Below the pieces are notes generated by a model. That model saw only the letters and a program-made list of their open reading frames with translations. It was not told the DNA's origin and made no database searches. Shown here piece by piece: positions 1 to 13,300 of a DNA stretch of 64,000 bases; position 1 is the stretch's first letter; the number at the start of each line of letters is the position of its first letter. The DNA comes from Eledone cirrhosa. Its lineage: Eukaryota. The stretch lies in contig CAXHJY010001142.1 of NCBI GenBank assembly GCA_964016885.1, positions 2,247 through 66,246 on the forward strand, written 5' to 3'. A program made the position numbers and the translations under genes.

Positions 1-256
1 AGATCACAGCTCCGATATTATGGACATGTGGTTAGAATGTCTCATGAAAGAATCACTGGACAGATTTTACGGGAAAAACAAACCGACAGGGGACCCAGAG
101 GTAGACCCCGAGCAAGATGGTTGGATAACATCGATGAGCTTGGCTGGTTACACTTGGGGATCCAGTCACGCTGGAAGGAGTGTTTAAGGACACTGTCCGT
201 AGGACTCTCTAAGAAGAAGAAGAAGAAGAAGAAGAAGGAGAAGAAGAAGAAGAAGA
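1..256 (+). mobile_element. 3' end of RTE-clade LINE with (AAG)n tail
   Basis: Frame +1 reads RSQLRYYGHVVRMSHERITGQIL...RGPRGRPRARWLDNI, matching the LRWxGHVxRM...RGRPxxRW C-terminal motif of RTE LINEs, followed by (AAG)n at 211-256. Confidence 0.8.
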
Positions 257-288
257 ATATATATTTTCTATATATATATGAAATATAG

Positions 289-331
<43 letters not shown>

Positions 332-344
332 CATATATATATAG

Positions 345-610
345 TGAAGGCGCATGGGTTAGTGGTTAGAGCATTGGGCTTGCAATCGAAAGGTTCTGAG
401 TTTAATTCTCGGACCGGGTGATGTGTTGTTTCCTTGAGCAAGACACTTTATTTCACGTTGCTCCAGTTTACTCAGCTGTAGAAATGAGTACCGGCCTGCC
501 TGCCCAGCCAGTGGGATGGCGTTATCTTATGGCTAAAACAGCATGAAGTGCTGTGACCAGCGGCGCCAAAGGGACGCCAGACAGACTGGTCCCTCAAGGT
601 GATGAAGGTG
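345..610 (+). mobile_element. tRNA-derived CORE-type SINE (octopus OR-like)
   Basis: A box TGGGTTAGTGG, B-box-like GAGTTTAATTC, then CCTTGAGCAAGACACTTTA...CTCAGCTG...AAATG CORE-like domain; homologous copies at 26216-26433, 36914-37134 and 38170-38524. Confidence 0.8.
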
Positions 611-668
611 ATATATATATATATATATATATATATTTATGTAATAAACAACATAAGACAATTATTCC

Positions 669-733
669 ATTTACCAAAGGTTTCACGAAGACAGACGAGT
701 TCGACACAGACATCTGAAATCGTTCGTCAGAAT
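669..733 (-). ncRNA. Type I hammerhead ribozyme motif (family A)
   Basis: Minus strand: AUU-CUGACGA-ACGA...UCGU-GAAA-CC UUU GG-UA|AAU; complete core, helices I/II/III, GUA cleavage triplet. Confidence 0.7.
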
Positions 734-854
734 TAAATAGCTCTGTAGCCTACATAGAGCACTCTCCTTTCCTTTACCTTTCCTACAGAAACACATAATA
801 TATATAGAGATAGATATATATATATACATATATATTTATATATATTTATAGATT

Positions 855-1070
855 TCCAGCTCCTCAGTGAAATAACAACCCAACCAGGAACTGGCCATAT
901 CAGAGTATTGACAATATTATACACCTCAACAACATATGTACTTGTCTATACCATACTAATTCAGACTGCTTGAAGAGGTCACAGCCAAAGATGGCTGTCA
1001 CTGAAATATATATATAGCAGAAATAAACGAAGCTAAATTTTAATCATTTGACTTTTTATTTAACTTTATT
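855..1070 (+). mobile_element. Penelope-like terminal-repeat fragment (family B) with C3U-mutated hammerhead at 966-1020
   Basis: Near-identical to 51381-51768; CTGC-TTGAAGA-GGTCACAGCCA AAGA TGGCTGTCACT-GAAA-TATATATATA-GCAG; flanked by (TA)n. Confidence 0.7.
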
Positions 1071-1140
1071 ATATATATTTATATATATTTATATATATTT
1101 ATACATATTTATATATATTTATATATATTTATATATATTC

Positions 1141-1177
1141 TAACCCATGCTAGCGTGGAAGAATGGGCGTAAAACGG

Positions 1178-1210
<33 letters not shown>
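1141..1210 (+). mobile_element. 3' tail of an RTE-related LINE/SINE
   Basis: AACCCATGCTAGCGTGGAAGAATGGGCGTAAAACG followed by a (GAT)n tail. Confidence 0.55.
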
Positions 1211-1212
<2 letters not shown>

Positions 1213-1384
1213 CATATTTTAAAAAAAATAAACATTGGAGACTAAATCGCAATATCGAACTAGTAACAAACATTTACCAAACATTTGTGGTATATTTTTG
1301 AACATTTACAATACTGGTGGCAGATAGAATACTATTTTTCCACGTGAAAGTGGGCAATGAAACAAAGAGGGCTGGGAATCCCTG

Positions 1385-1515
1385 CTCAAAGACATGAGCA
1401 AAATGAAGCAGAATTTGCGATAAGAGGGCCCTGTCATCACGGAAGCCATGATGGTTGGAAATCAGATGCTTCTGCTCAGTAATTAATTTGATGTGAACTA
1501 TTTCCATCACAGTGA
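1385..1515 (-). pseudogene. Short LINE reverse-transcriptase relic
   Basis: Translation ...LISNHHGFRDDRALLSQILLHFAHVFE resembles the QxGFRxxRS..QL motif of LINE RT domain 2. Confidence 0.5.
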
Positions 1516-1544
1516 TTAATTAATCCTTGTGTAATCCAGATTTA

Positions 1545-2650
<1,106 letters not shown>

Positions 2651-2792
2651 TATTTATTAGCCATGACAGTGTCCTGTCAGCAAGCAGTAAATCTATGACC
2701 ACATTGCTACCACATTGGGAACACTAACGAGAGATAAATGACCAACTGGACCTTACTATAAATACCGTTAAAACCTGCAGCGTAGAGGTAGG

Positions 2793-5700
2793 AGATGGTG
2801 GTGGTGGTGGTGTTGATAGTGTAGATGGTGGTGGTGGTGGTGGTGTTGATAGTGTAGCTGGTGGTGGTGTTGATAGTGTAGCTGGTGGTGGTGTTGATAG
2901 TGTAGATGGTGTTGGTGTTGATAGTGTAGATGGTGGTGGTGTTGATAGTGTAGATGGTGGTGGTGTTGATAGTGTAGATGGTGGTGGTGTTGATAGTGTA
3001 GCTGGTGGTGGTGTTGATAGTGTAGATGGTGGTGGTGTTGATAGTGTAGATGGTGGTGGTGTTGATAGTGTAGCTGGTGGTGGTGGTGGTGTGGATAGTG
3101 TAGATGGTGGTGGTGTTGATAGTGTAGATGGTGGTGGTGTTGATAGTGTAGCTGGTGGTGGTGTTGATAGTGTAGATGGTGGTGGTGTTGATAGTGTAGA
3201 TGGTGGTGGTGTTGATAGTGTAGCTGGTGGTGGTGTTGATAGTGTAGATGGTGGTGGTGTTGATAGTGTAGATGGTGGTGGTGTTGATAGTGTAGCTGGT
3301 GGTGGTGGTGGTGTGGATAGTGTAGATGGTGGTGGTGTTGATAGTGTAGATGGTGGTGGTGTTGATAGTGTAGCTGGTGGTGGTGTTGATAGTGTAGATG
3401 GTGGTGGTGTTGATAGTGTAGATGGTGGTGGTGTTGATAGTGTAGCTGGTGGTGGTGTTGATAGTGTAGCTGGTGGTGGTGTTGATAGTGTAGATGGTGG
3501 TGGTGTGGATAGTGTAGATGGTGGTGGTGTGGATAGTGTAGCTGGTGGTGGTGTTGATAGTGTAGCTGGTGGTGGTGTTGATAGTGTAGCTGGTGGTGGT
3601 GTGGATAGTGTAGATGGTGGTGGTGTTGATAGTGTAGATGGTGGTGGTGTTGATAGTGTAGATGGTGGTGGTGTTGATAGTGTAGCTGGTGGTGGTGGTG
3701 TTGATAGTGTAGATGGTGGTGGTGTTGATAGTGTAGCTGGTGGTGGTGTTGATAGTGTAGCTGGTGGTGGTGTTGATAGTGTAGCTGGTGGTGGTGGTGG
3801 TGTTGATAGTGTAGCTGGTGGTGGTGTTGATAGTGTAGATGATGGTGGTGGTGGTGGTGGTGGTGTTGATAGTGTAGATGGTGGTGGTGTTGATAGTGTA
3901 GCTGGTGGTGGTGGTGGTGTTGATAGTGTAGCTGGTGGTGGTGTTGATAGTGTAGATGATGGTGGTGGTGGTGGTGGTGGTGTTGATAGTGTAGATGGTG
4001 GTGGTGTTGATAGTGTAGCTGGTGGTGGTGTTGATAGTGTAGATGGTGGTGGTGTTGATAGTGTAGATGATGGTGGTGGTGGTGGTGGTGTTGATAGTGT
4101 AGATGGTGGTGGTGTTGATAGTGTAGCTGGTGGTGGTGTTGATAGTGTAGATGGTGGTGGTGTTGATAGTGTAGATGATGGTGGTGGTGGTGGTGGTGGT
4201 GTTGATAGTGTAGATGGTGGTGGTGTTGATAGTGTAGCTGGTGGTGGTGGTGGTGTTGATAGTGTAGCTGGTGGTGGTGTTGATAGTGTAGATGATGGTG
4301 GTGGTGGTGGTGGTGGTGTTGATAGTGTAGATGGTGGTGGTGTTGATAGTGTAGATGGTGGTGGTGTTGATAGTGTAGATGATGGTGGTGGTGGTGGTGG
4401 TGGTGTTGATAGTGTAGATGGTGGTGGTGTTGATAGTGTAGCTGGTGGTGGTGGTGGTGTTGATAGTGTAGCTGGTGGTGGTGTTGATAGTGTAGATGAT
4501 GGTGGTGGTGGTGGTGGTGGTGTTGATAGTGTAGATGGTGGTGGTGTTGATAGTGTAGCTGGTGGTGGTGTTGATAGTGTAGATGGTGGTGGTGTTGATA
4601 GTGTAGATGATGGTGGTGGTGGTGGTGGTGTTGATAGTGTAGATGGTGGTGGTGTTGATAGTGTAGCTGGTGGTGGTGTTGATAGTGTAGCTGGTGGTGG
4701 TGTTGATAGTGTAGATGGTGGTGGTGTTGATAGTGTAGATGGTGGTGGTGGTGGTGTTGATAGTGTAGATGGTGGTGGTGTTGATAGTGTAGCTGGTGGT
4801 GGTGTTGATAGTGTAGATGATGGTGGTGTTGATAGTGTAGCTGGTGGTGGTGTTGATAGTGTAGATAGTGGTGGTGTTGATAGTGTAGATGATGGTGGTG
4901 GTGGTGGTGTTGATAGTGTAGATGGTGGTGGTGTTGATAGTGTAGCTGGTCGTGGTGTTGATAGTGTAGATGGTGGTGGTGTTGATAGTGTAGATGATGG
5001 TGGTGTTGATAGTGTAGCTGGTGGTGGTGGTGGTGGTGGTGGTGTTGATAGTGTAGATGGTGGTGGTGGTGGTGGTGTTGATAGTGTAGCTGGTGGTGGT
5101 GTTGATAGTGTAGCTGGTGGTGGTGTTGATAGTGTAGATGGTGTTGGTGTTGATAGTGTAGATGGTGGTGGTGTTGATAGTGTAGATGGTGGTGGTGTTG
5201 ATAGTGTAGATGGTGGTGGTGTTGATAGTGTAGCTGGTGGTGGTGTTGATAGTGTAGATGGTGGTGGTGTTGATAGTGTAGATGGTGGTGGTGTTGATAG
5301 TGTAGCTGGTGGTGGTGGTGGTGTGGATAGTGTAGATGGTGGTGGTGTTGATAGTGTAGATGGTGGTGGTGTTGATAGTGTAGCTGGTGGTGGTGTTGAT
5401 AGTGTAGATGGTGGTGGTGTTGATAGTGTAGATGGTGGTGGTGTTGATAGTGTAGCTGGTGGTGGTGTTGATAGTGTAGATGGTGGTGGTGTTGATAGTG
5501 TAGATGGTGGTGGTGTTGATAGTGTAGCTGGTGGTGGTGGTGGTGTGGATAGTGTAGATGGTGGTGGTGTTGATAGTGTAGATGGTGGTGGTGTTGATAG
5601 TGTAGCTGGTGGTGGTGTTGATAGTGTAGATGGTGGTGGTGTTGATAGTGTAGCTGGTGGTGGTGTTGATAGTGTAGATGGTGGTGGTGTTGATAGTGTA

Positions 5701-8700
5701 GATGGTGGTGGTGTTGATAGTGTAGCTGATGGTGGTGTGGATAGTGTAGATGGTGGTGGTGTTGATAGTGTAGATGGTGGTGGTGTTGATAGTGTAGATG
5801 GTGGTGGTGTTGATAGTGTAGATGGTGGTGGTGTTGATAGTGTAGCTGGTGGTGGTGTTGATAGTGTAGATGGTGGTGGTGTTGATAGTGTAGATGGTGG
5901 TGGTGTTGATAGTGTAGATGGTGGTGGTGTTGATAGTGTAGATGGTGGTGGTTTTGATAGTGTAGATGGTGGTGGTGTTGATAGTGTAGCTGGTGGTGGT
6001 GTTGATAGTGTAGCTGGTGGTGGTGTTGATAGTGTAGATGGTGGTGGTGTTGATAGTGTAGATGGTGGTGGTGTTGATAGTGTAGCTGGTGGTGGTGTGG
6101 ATAGTGTAGATGGTGGTGGTGTTGATAGTGTAGATGGTGGTGGTGTTGATAGTGTAGATGGTGGTGGTGTTGATAGTGTAGATGGTGGTGGTGTTGATAG
6201 TGTAGATGGTGGTGGTGTTGATAGTGTAGCTGGTGGTGGTGTTGATAGTGTAGATGGTGGTGGTGTTGATAGTGTAGCTGGTGGTGGTGTTGATAGTGTA
6301 GATGGTGGTGGTGTGGATAGTGTAGCTGGTGGTGGTGTTGATAGTGTAGCTGGTGGTGGTGTTGATAGTGTAGATGGTGGTGGTGTTGATAGTGTAGATG
6401 GTGGTGGTGTTGATAGTGTAGATGGTGGTGGTGTTGATAGTGTAGCTGGTGGTGGTGGTGTTGATAGTGTAGATGGTGGTGGTGTTGATAGTGTAGCTGG
6501 TGGTGGTGTGGATAGTGTAGATGGTGGTGGTGTTGATAGTGTAGATGGTGGTGGTGTTGATAGTGTAGATGGTGGTGGTGTTGATAGTGTAGCTGGTGGT
6601 GGTGGTGTTGATAGTGTAGATGGTGGTGGTGTTGATAGTGTAGCTGGTGGTGGTGTTGATAGTGTAGCTGGTGGTGGTGTTGATAGTGTAGATGGTGGTG
6701 ATGTTGATAGTGTAGATGGTGGTGGTGTTGATAGTGTAGCTGGTGGTGGTGTTGATAGTGTAGATGGTGGTGGTGTTGATAGTGTAGATGGTGGTGGTGT
6801 TGATAGTGTAGATGATGGTGGTGGTGGTGGTGGTGTTGATAGTGTAGATGGTGGTGGTGTTGATAGTGTAGCTGGTGGTGGTGTTGATAGTGTAGCTGGT
6901 GGTGGTGTTGATAGTGTAGCTGGTGGTGGTGTTGATAGTGTAGATGATGGTGGTGGTGGTGGTGGTGGTGTTGATAGTGTAGATGGTGGTGGTGTTGATA
7001 GTGTAGCTGGTGGTGGTGTTGATAGTGTAGATGGTGGTGGTGTTGATAGTGTAGATGATGGTGGTGGTGGTGGTGGTGTTGATAGTGTAGATGGTGGTGG
7101 TGTTGATAGTGTAGCTGGTGGTGGTGTTGATAGTGTAGCTGGTGGTGGTGTTGATAGTGTAGCTGGTGGTGGTGTTGATAGTGTAGATGATGGTGGTGGT
7201 GGTGGTGGTGGTGTTGATAGTGTAGATGGTGGTGGTGTTGATAGTGTAGCTGGTGGTGGTGTTGATAGTGTAGATGGTGGTGGTGTTGATAGTGTAGATG
7301 ATGGTGGTGGTGGTGGTGGTGTTGATAGTGTAGATGGTGGTGGTGTTGATAGTGTAGCTGGTGGTGGTGTTGATAGTGTAGCTGGTGGTGGTGTTGATAG
7401 TGTAGATGGTGGTGGTGTTGATAGTGTAGATGGTGGTGGTGGTGGTGTTGATAGTGTAGATGGTGGTGGTGTTGATAGTGTAGCTGGTGGTGGTGTTGAT
7501 AGTGTAGATGATGGTGGTGTTGATAGTGTAGCTGGTGGTGGTGTTGATAGTGTAGATAGTGGTGGTGTTGATAGTGTAGATGATGGTGGTGGTGGTGGTG
7601 GTGGTGTTGATAGTGTAGATGGTGGTGGTGTTGATAGTGTAGCTGGTGGTGGTGGTGGTGGTGGTGGTGTTGATAGTGTAGCTGGTGGTGGTGTTGATAG
7701 TGTAGCTGGTGGTGGTGTTGATAGTGTAGATGATGGTGGTGGTGGTGGTGGTGGTGTTGATAGTGTAGCTGGTGGTGGTGTTGATAGTGTAGCTGGTGGT
7801 GGTGTTGATAGTGTAGATGATGGTGGTGGTGGTGGTGGTGGTGTTGATAGTGTAGCTGGTGGTGGTGTTGATAGTGTAGCTGGTGGTGGTGTTGATAGTG
7901 TAGATGGTGGTGGTGTTGATAGTGTAGATGATGGTGGTGGTGGTGGTGGTGGTGTTGATAGTGTAGATGGTGGTGGTGTTGATAGTGTAGCTGGTGGTGG
8001 TGTTGATAGTGTAGATGGTGGTGGTGTTGATAGTGTAGATGATGGTGGTGTTGATAGTGTAGCTGGTGGTGGTGGTGGTGGTGGTGGTGTTGATAGTGTA
8101 GCTGGTGGTGGTGTTGATAGTGTAGCTGGTGGTGGTGTTGATAGTGTAGCTGGTGGTGGTGTTGATAGTGTAGATAGTGGTGGTGTTGATAGTGTAGATG
8201 ATGGTGGTGGTGGTGGTGGTGTTGATAGTGTAGATGGTGGTGGTGTTGATAGTGTAGATAATGGTGGTGTTGATAGTGTAGCTGGTGGTGGTGGTGGTGG
8301 TGGTGGTGGTGTTGATAGTGTAGCTGGTGGTGGTGTTGATAGTGTAGCTGGTGGTGGTGTTGATAGTGTAGATGATGGTGGTGGTGGTGGTGGTGGTGTT
8401 GATAGTGTAGCTGGTGGTGGTGTTGATAGTGTAGCTGGTGGTGGTGTTGATAGTGTAGATGATGGTGGTGGTGGTGGTGGTGGTGTTGATAGTGTAGCTG
8501 GTGGTGGTGTTGATAGTGTAGCTGGTGGTGGTGTTGATAGTGTAGATGGTGGTGGTGTTGATAGTGTAGATGATGGTGGTGGTGGTGGTGGTGGTGTTGA
8601 TAGTGTAGATGGTGGTGGTGTTGATAGTGTAGCTGGTGGTGGTGCTGATAGTGTAGATGGTGGTGGTGTTGATAGTGTAGATGGTGGTGGTGTTGATAGT

Positions 8701-8965
8701 GTAGATGGTGGTGGTGTTGATAGTGTAGCTGGTGGTGGTGTTGATAGTGTAGATGGTGGTGGTGTTGATAGTGTAGATGATGGTGGTGGTGGTGGTGGTG
8801 GTGTTGATAGTGTAGCTGGTGGTGGTGTTGATAGTGTAGATGGTGGTGGTGTTGATAGTGTAGATGATGGTGGTGGTGGTGGTGGGGGTGTTGATAGTGT
8901 AGCTGGTGGGGGTGTTGATAGTGTAGCTGGTGGTGGTGGTGGTGTGGATAGTATTGCTGATGATG
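2793..8965. repeat. ~6.2-kb 24-bp minisatellite G(A/C)T GGT GGT GGT GTT GAT AGT GTA with variable (GGT)n
   Basis: Highly homogeneous tandem unit; length variation only in GGT triplets. Confidence 0.97.
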
Positions 8966-9139
8966 GTGGGCCTGCAGAGATACGAGAGGCAAAGAGCTTC
9001 TAGGATTTAGTCTCTCTCTCTCTCTCTGCCCCCTATCTATCTCTCTTCCTCTCTATCTATCTATAGGACAATCTCGAACAAAAGTAAAAAACCAGCTCAA
9101 CCATCACAGAGCGAGATAGAGCTGGTTTTAAAAGACGTC

Positions 9140-10351
9140 ATGAAGGACATCACCTTCATTCAGAAGGATAGACTCTACGGGAGTCTATCCATTCTCATGA
9201 AGGACAGGGACACAGCAGTGAAACTGTCCATCAAACCAATCACATCCACCGCATACACCTTCTACCCTACGTACATGGGTAGAAGAACACAAAAAATAAA
9301 AATCCACACCATCCTGCCGATTATGGACATATGGTGGGTTTTGACAGGTTTTCTGGACCTGGAGGATGACATGCTGGTGTCCATGGGAAAGGCATCGGGT
9401 GACGCGTTCAGTGGAACGAGCCTCGAACTTGTAGTTCAAATGAGGCCCGAAAGGATCGCCCAGATCCCTGAACGCGTCATACTGGATGATCTAACCTTCA
9501 TCAACATTACCGTTGAGGGTAGACGGCCCTCGTGTTACCTCTGCGGAACCAGAGGTTACCTGAGGGCTGTCTGTCCCCAACTTAATAAGAAAACCCCAAT
9601 CCTGCCTACACCACCAACAACTGCACAACCAACACAATCACCACAACTACCACTACAAAAACAACCACCACAGCTCAAACCAAAACAAAACAATGTCCAA
9701 CCCATCCCCTCCACTCAAAAAACAAAAACAATTTCCAAAACACCCGTACCGCAAACACAACCCGAAAATATACCCCTCCCCTCCAACGCGGAAGATGACC
9801 CTAGTTCGTCGTCAGACGAGGAGGAGCACTTCCACACAATCAAAAGAAAAAAAAGAAAACACACCTCAGACACACAAATGAAAAAAAACCCTCCCCAAAA
9901 CATAACACTGACACCAACACAAAAGAGCTCACAACAGCAAACAAAAAACACCACACAAAAACAAAAACATGCATACACATACATAAATACAAGAAACAAA
10001 AAACTGTTAAACATTGTGTACAACAACAATCTAATAAAAACACAAGGGCCTAACTTCACCCAGGCAGGGGATTTCCCCCACCTCAAAATGATTAAGGCCC
10101 CACAGGACACCTATAAAACTTTAAAAAACAATTTTAAAGAGGACGTGGGTCCCCCCTGCGTCGGGCCCATTAACCGCGTCCTCCTAAAAAACTATCCCAC
10201 CCCCTCCCCAAACACCCTCACAACTCCAAGCTCCCCAACCACACAACACACTGATGCCCCCACACTTCCACAAACCACCACCCCACCCAACAACCCATCC
10301 CCCACCCTAATGGAAATTGTGCAGCCCGATACCCGGGACGCAGAGAGGTAA
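9140..10351 (+). CDS. LINE ORF1 (gag-like nucleic-acid-binding protein, probably N-terminally truncated)
   Basis: 403 aa; zinc knuckle CYLCGTRGYLRAVC (H replaced by Y), Pro/Thr/Gln-rich tail, basic KRKKRK. The frame is open upstream to 9011 without another ATG. Confidence 0.8.
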   Translation: MKDITFIQKDRLYGSLSILMKDRDTAVKLSIKPITSTAYTFYPTYMGRRTQKIKIHTILPIMDIWWVLTGFLDLEDDMLVSMGKASGDAFSGTSLELVVQMRPERIAQIPERVILDDLTFINITVEGRRPSCYLCGTRGYLRAVCPQLNKKTPILPTPPTTAQPTQSPQLPLQKQPPQLKPKQNNVQPIPSTQKTKTISKTPVPQTQPENIPLPSNAEDDPSSSSDEEEHFHTIKRKKRKHTSDTQMKKNPPQNITLTPTQKSSQQQTKNTTQKQKHAYTYINTRNKKLLNIVYNNNLIKTQGPNFTQAGDFPHLKMIKAPQDTYKTLKNNFKEDVGPPCVGPINRVLLKNYPTPSPNTLTTPSSPTTQHTDAPTLPQTTTPPNNPSPTLMEIVQPDTRDAER

Positions 10352-10375
10352 GTGCCTTTTCTCTTCACCACCAAC

Positions 10376-13300
10376 ATGGCTATGCTAAGAGTAGGCTGTT
10401 TAAATGCGCGTGGCCTGGGCTCAACTTGGAAGCAAGCAATGCTTCTAAATGACCTCAGGTCACAACGTATAGATGTGATGGTTATTTGCGAGGCCCGGAT
10501 CAGCAACGTGCGACAGCTGGCCCCCACCTTTGATGACTTTGAGATGCACGCATCTCTCTGTCAGCCCGGAGGTGGGGGTGGAGTTGTCGTTCTGCTGCAA
10601 AAACATCTGGGTCTCGCAACACAGATGGTACATTTGGACCCGGAGGGTCGACTAGTGGTTCTGGACCTTGGCAGTGGTAAAGGCGGAGCGTTTAGGTTGG
10701 TAGCCGCCTACGGCCCTTTCGGGTCAATGCGGCCGGACTTCTTCCATCGTCTGGAGACTTTTCTAGGGACGTCCCGCTCCTTGCTATTAGTGGGGGACTG
10801 GAATGGTATCCTAGATGCACGCTGGGACTACGTAGGGGCCTGCCCCGATAGAGAGGGGTGTAATAGCCTCAAAGGGTTAATCGGTCGATTTGACCTGGCC
10901 GATAGATATCGACTAGATTTTCCGACTGCGCCAACCTGGACTTGGGCAAATCGTAGCGGATCATCTAGGTCGTACCTAGATAGGTTCTTAGTTAGAATTA
11001 AGGATAAGGACTTTTTAAGTTGTCCAAAAATGCGCATGGTTGGCTATTCAGACCACAAATTAGTGACCTGCATGGTCAACCTTGACAGAACTCATAGACA
11101 GGGCCCCGGTTACTGGAAGCTCAACTTGTCCTTGCCGGCAAGTAGAGCCTACAGGAATCGGATTAGTACGTTAGTTAAGGAACGGTTGACTGGAGCGATC
11201 GTCAACAGCAGGTGGTGGGTATCTCTAAAGAGAGAGATTAGAGTAGTCTCGATAGAATTTAGTAAGGTTCTAGCTGCGGATAGGAATAGGAAGGAAAGGG
11301 AGCTAATAGATAGAGTAGAAGAGGCAATTAGAAGCGGCGACGTGGCCAGAGTGCTAGCATCGAGAACGGCTTTGAGCCAGTTTTTCGACGCGAAGCACGA
11401 AGGCTGCGTTGTCCGAAGTAAAATACGTGCTCTAGGGAACGAGGGGACCAAAGCTGTTAGCTGGGCCCGCGTGACAGAGGCCAACAGTGGAACTAAATCC
11501 ACCATCCGGTCTTTGCGAGACCTGGATGGACGGGCGATTCTTGAGCCTAAGCAGATGTGTGAGGCCTTTCAAAGGCACTTTGCCCGACTGTTCGGGAGGG
11601 GCGGGGAGCCGGTTGGGAACGTGGACTTCAGTCCATACCTCGACGGCCTGCCGCGCCTCTCGGACAGGGAGGCGAAGTCCTGCGAGGAGCCGATTTCGGC
11701 CGCTGAGATAGAGGACGTGCTGAGCCAATGCGGCAAACGCAAACCCCCAGGTCTCGATGGTCTTCCTTACGAATTATATCTAGCTATGCCGGACTTGTTC
11801 CCCGATCTCCTCGAGGCGGTCTACTGCAACTGGCAACAGAACGGGAGAATTCCCTGTACTGTGACCAAGGGCGTAGTCACGCTAGTGAGGAAGGACGAGA
11901 ACAAGGGGGACGAAATAAGTAACTTCAGGCCCATAACTCTGCTAAATACAGAGTTACAGATTTTGGCCAAGGTGCTAGCAAAGAGGTTGGCGCTTGTCGT
12001 GGGCAACCTGGTGGGAGATGCGCAGACATGCGCTATCCCGTCCAGGTCCATCCATGACAACCTCCACCTCATGCGATACATCATAGAGAGGGTTGGGAAC
12101 GAACCCGGCTTTGGTGGGGCTCTGATCAACTTGGATCAATCTAAGGCGTTCGATAGGGTCGACCATGGTTACCTGGATGCGGTGCTAGCGGCGGCAGGCT
12201 TCGGACCCGTTTTCAGGGGCTGGATCACTGCTATGCACAGCAGCCGCATCTGCTCTAGGGTCAAGGTGAACGGCTACCTCTCGGAGCCGTTCAAAATCGC
12301 GCGGTCCATCCGACAAGGGTGCCCTCTCTCCTCCCTTCTGTATGTGTTGACTCTCGAGCCACTACTGCGGAAGTTGGAGTTGTTGCAGGGCATCCCTTTG
12401 GAACCGGGATTGCGGAAAGCGGTGTCGGCCTACGCCGATGACGTGACAGTAATGGTGTCGACGGCCTCCGAAATCGAGGCGGTCGGCACCTTACTGGAGG
12501 AGTACGAAAAGTTCACAGGGGCTAAGCTGAACCGGGACAAGTCGATCGGTTTGCAACTCGGCACGTGGAGGGGCAGACCGATGCCCTCCGATAGCGTCGT
12601 CGGACGCTGGACGGAGGGCCCGGTGAAGTTGCTCGGGGTCTGGTTCGGACCGGACCTCCAGGTGGAGAAAAACTGGGCGGAGGTTACGAACAGGGTGTTT
12701 GCACTGACCCAGAAGTGGGCCAGTTGCAAACTATCCCTGAAAGGCCGGGCGGAGGTGGCGAACACCTACATAGCGTCCGTCATCTACTACCGCCTGACCG
12801 TAGTGCCCTGCCCAAGGGAAACCCTCACCAAGATGGAGCGCGCGCTCTTCCAATTCCTTTGGAAGAGGCGGGCTCCTATGGTGAGGAGATCCATCTGCTG
12901 TCAACACCCTTCGAAAGGAGGGCTGGGGATGCCGTGGCTAATGATGCGTAAACACGCATTAAGGCTACGGCACCTCTACGTATTCCTCACCGGACAACCG
13001 GTGTGGGCCTCGTTTGTGAGACGAACCTTTCCCAGACTCGTCTCACTCACCGAGCTGCAATCCTGGGTCAAGCAAAGACCGAGAAAACTGGGCGCCTGGC
13101 ACACAGAGTGTGCCCAGGCGCTCACCGCCCTCTGGCAGGCGGATCCGGTTATCAGTGGAGACTCCACCGCAACATTCTATAGAGGGCTGGTACGCAGCAG
13201 GTGCGACGACGCCCTCGGAGAAGCCCTAGACATGGAGGAGGACGAACTGGCCAGCCTGTTCGGTAGGACATTCAGCCCGGGACCTATGGACAACTTCCAG

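Noticed and set aside
345-420. Possible tRNA gene
   Set aside because: A/B boxes are present but there is no full cloverleaf, and it continues into a multicopy SINE body.
2768-9003. 2074-aa His-rich and 1970-aa Gly/Asp/Val/Ser ORFs
   Set aside because: They are products of a stop-free 24-bp minisatellite, with essentially invariant codons, no unique domain and no ATG start.
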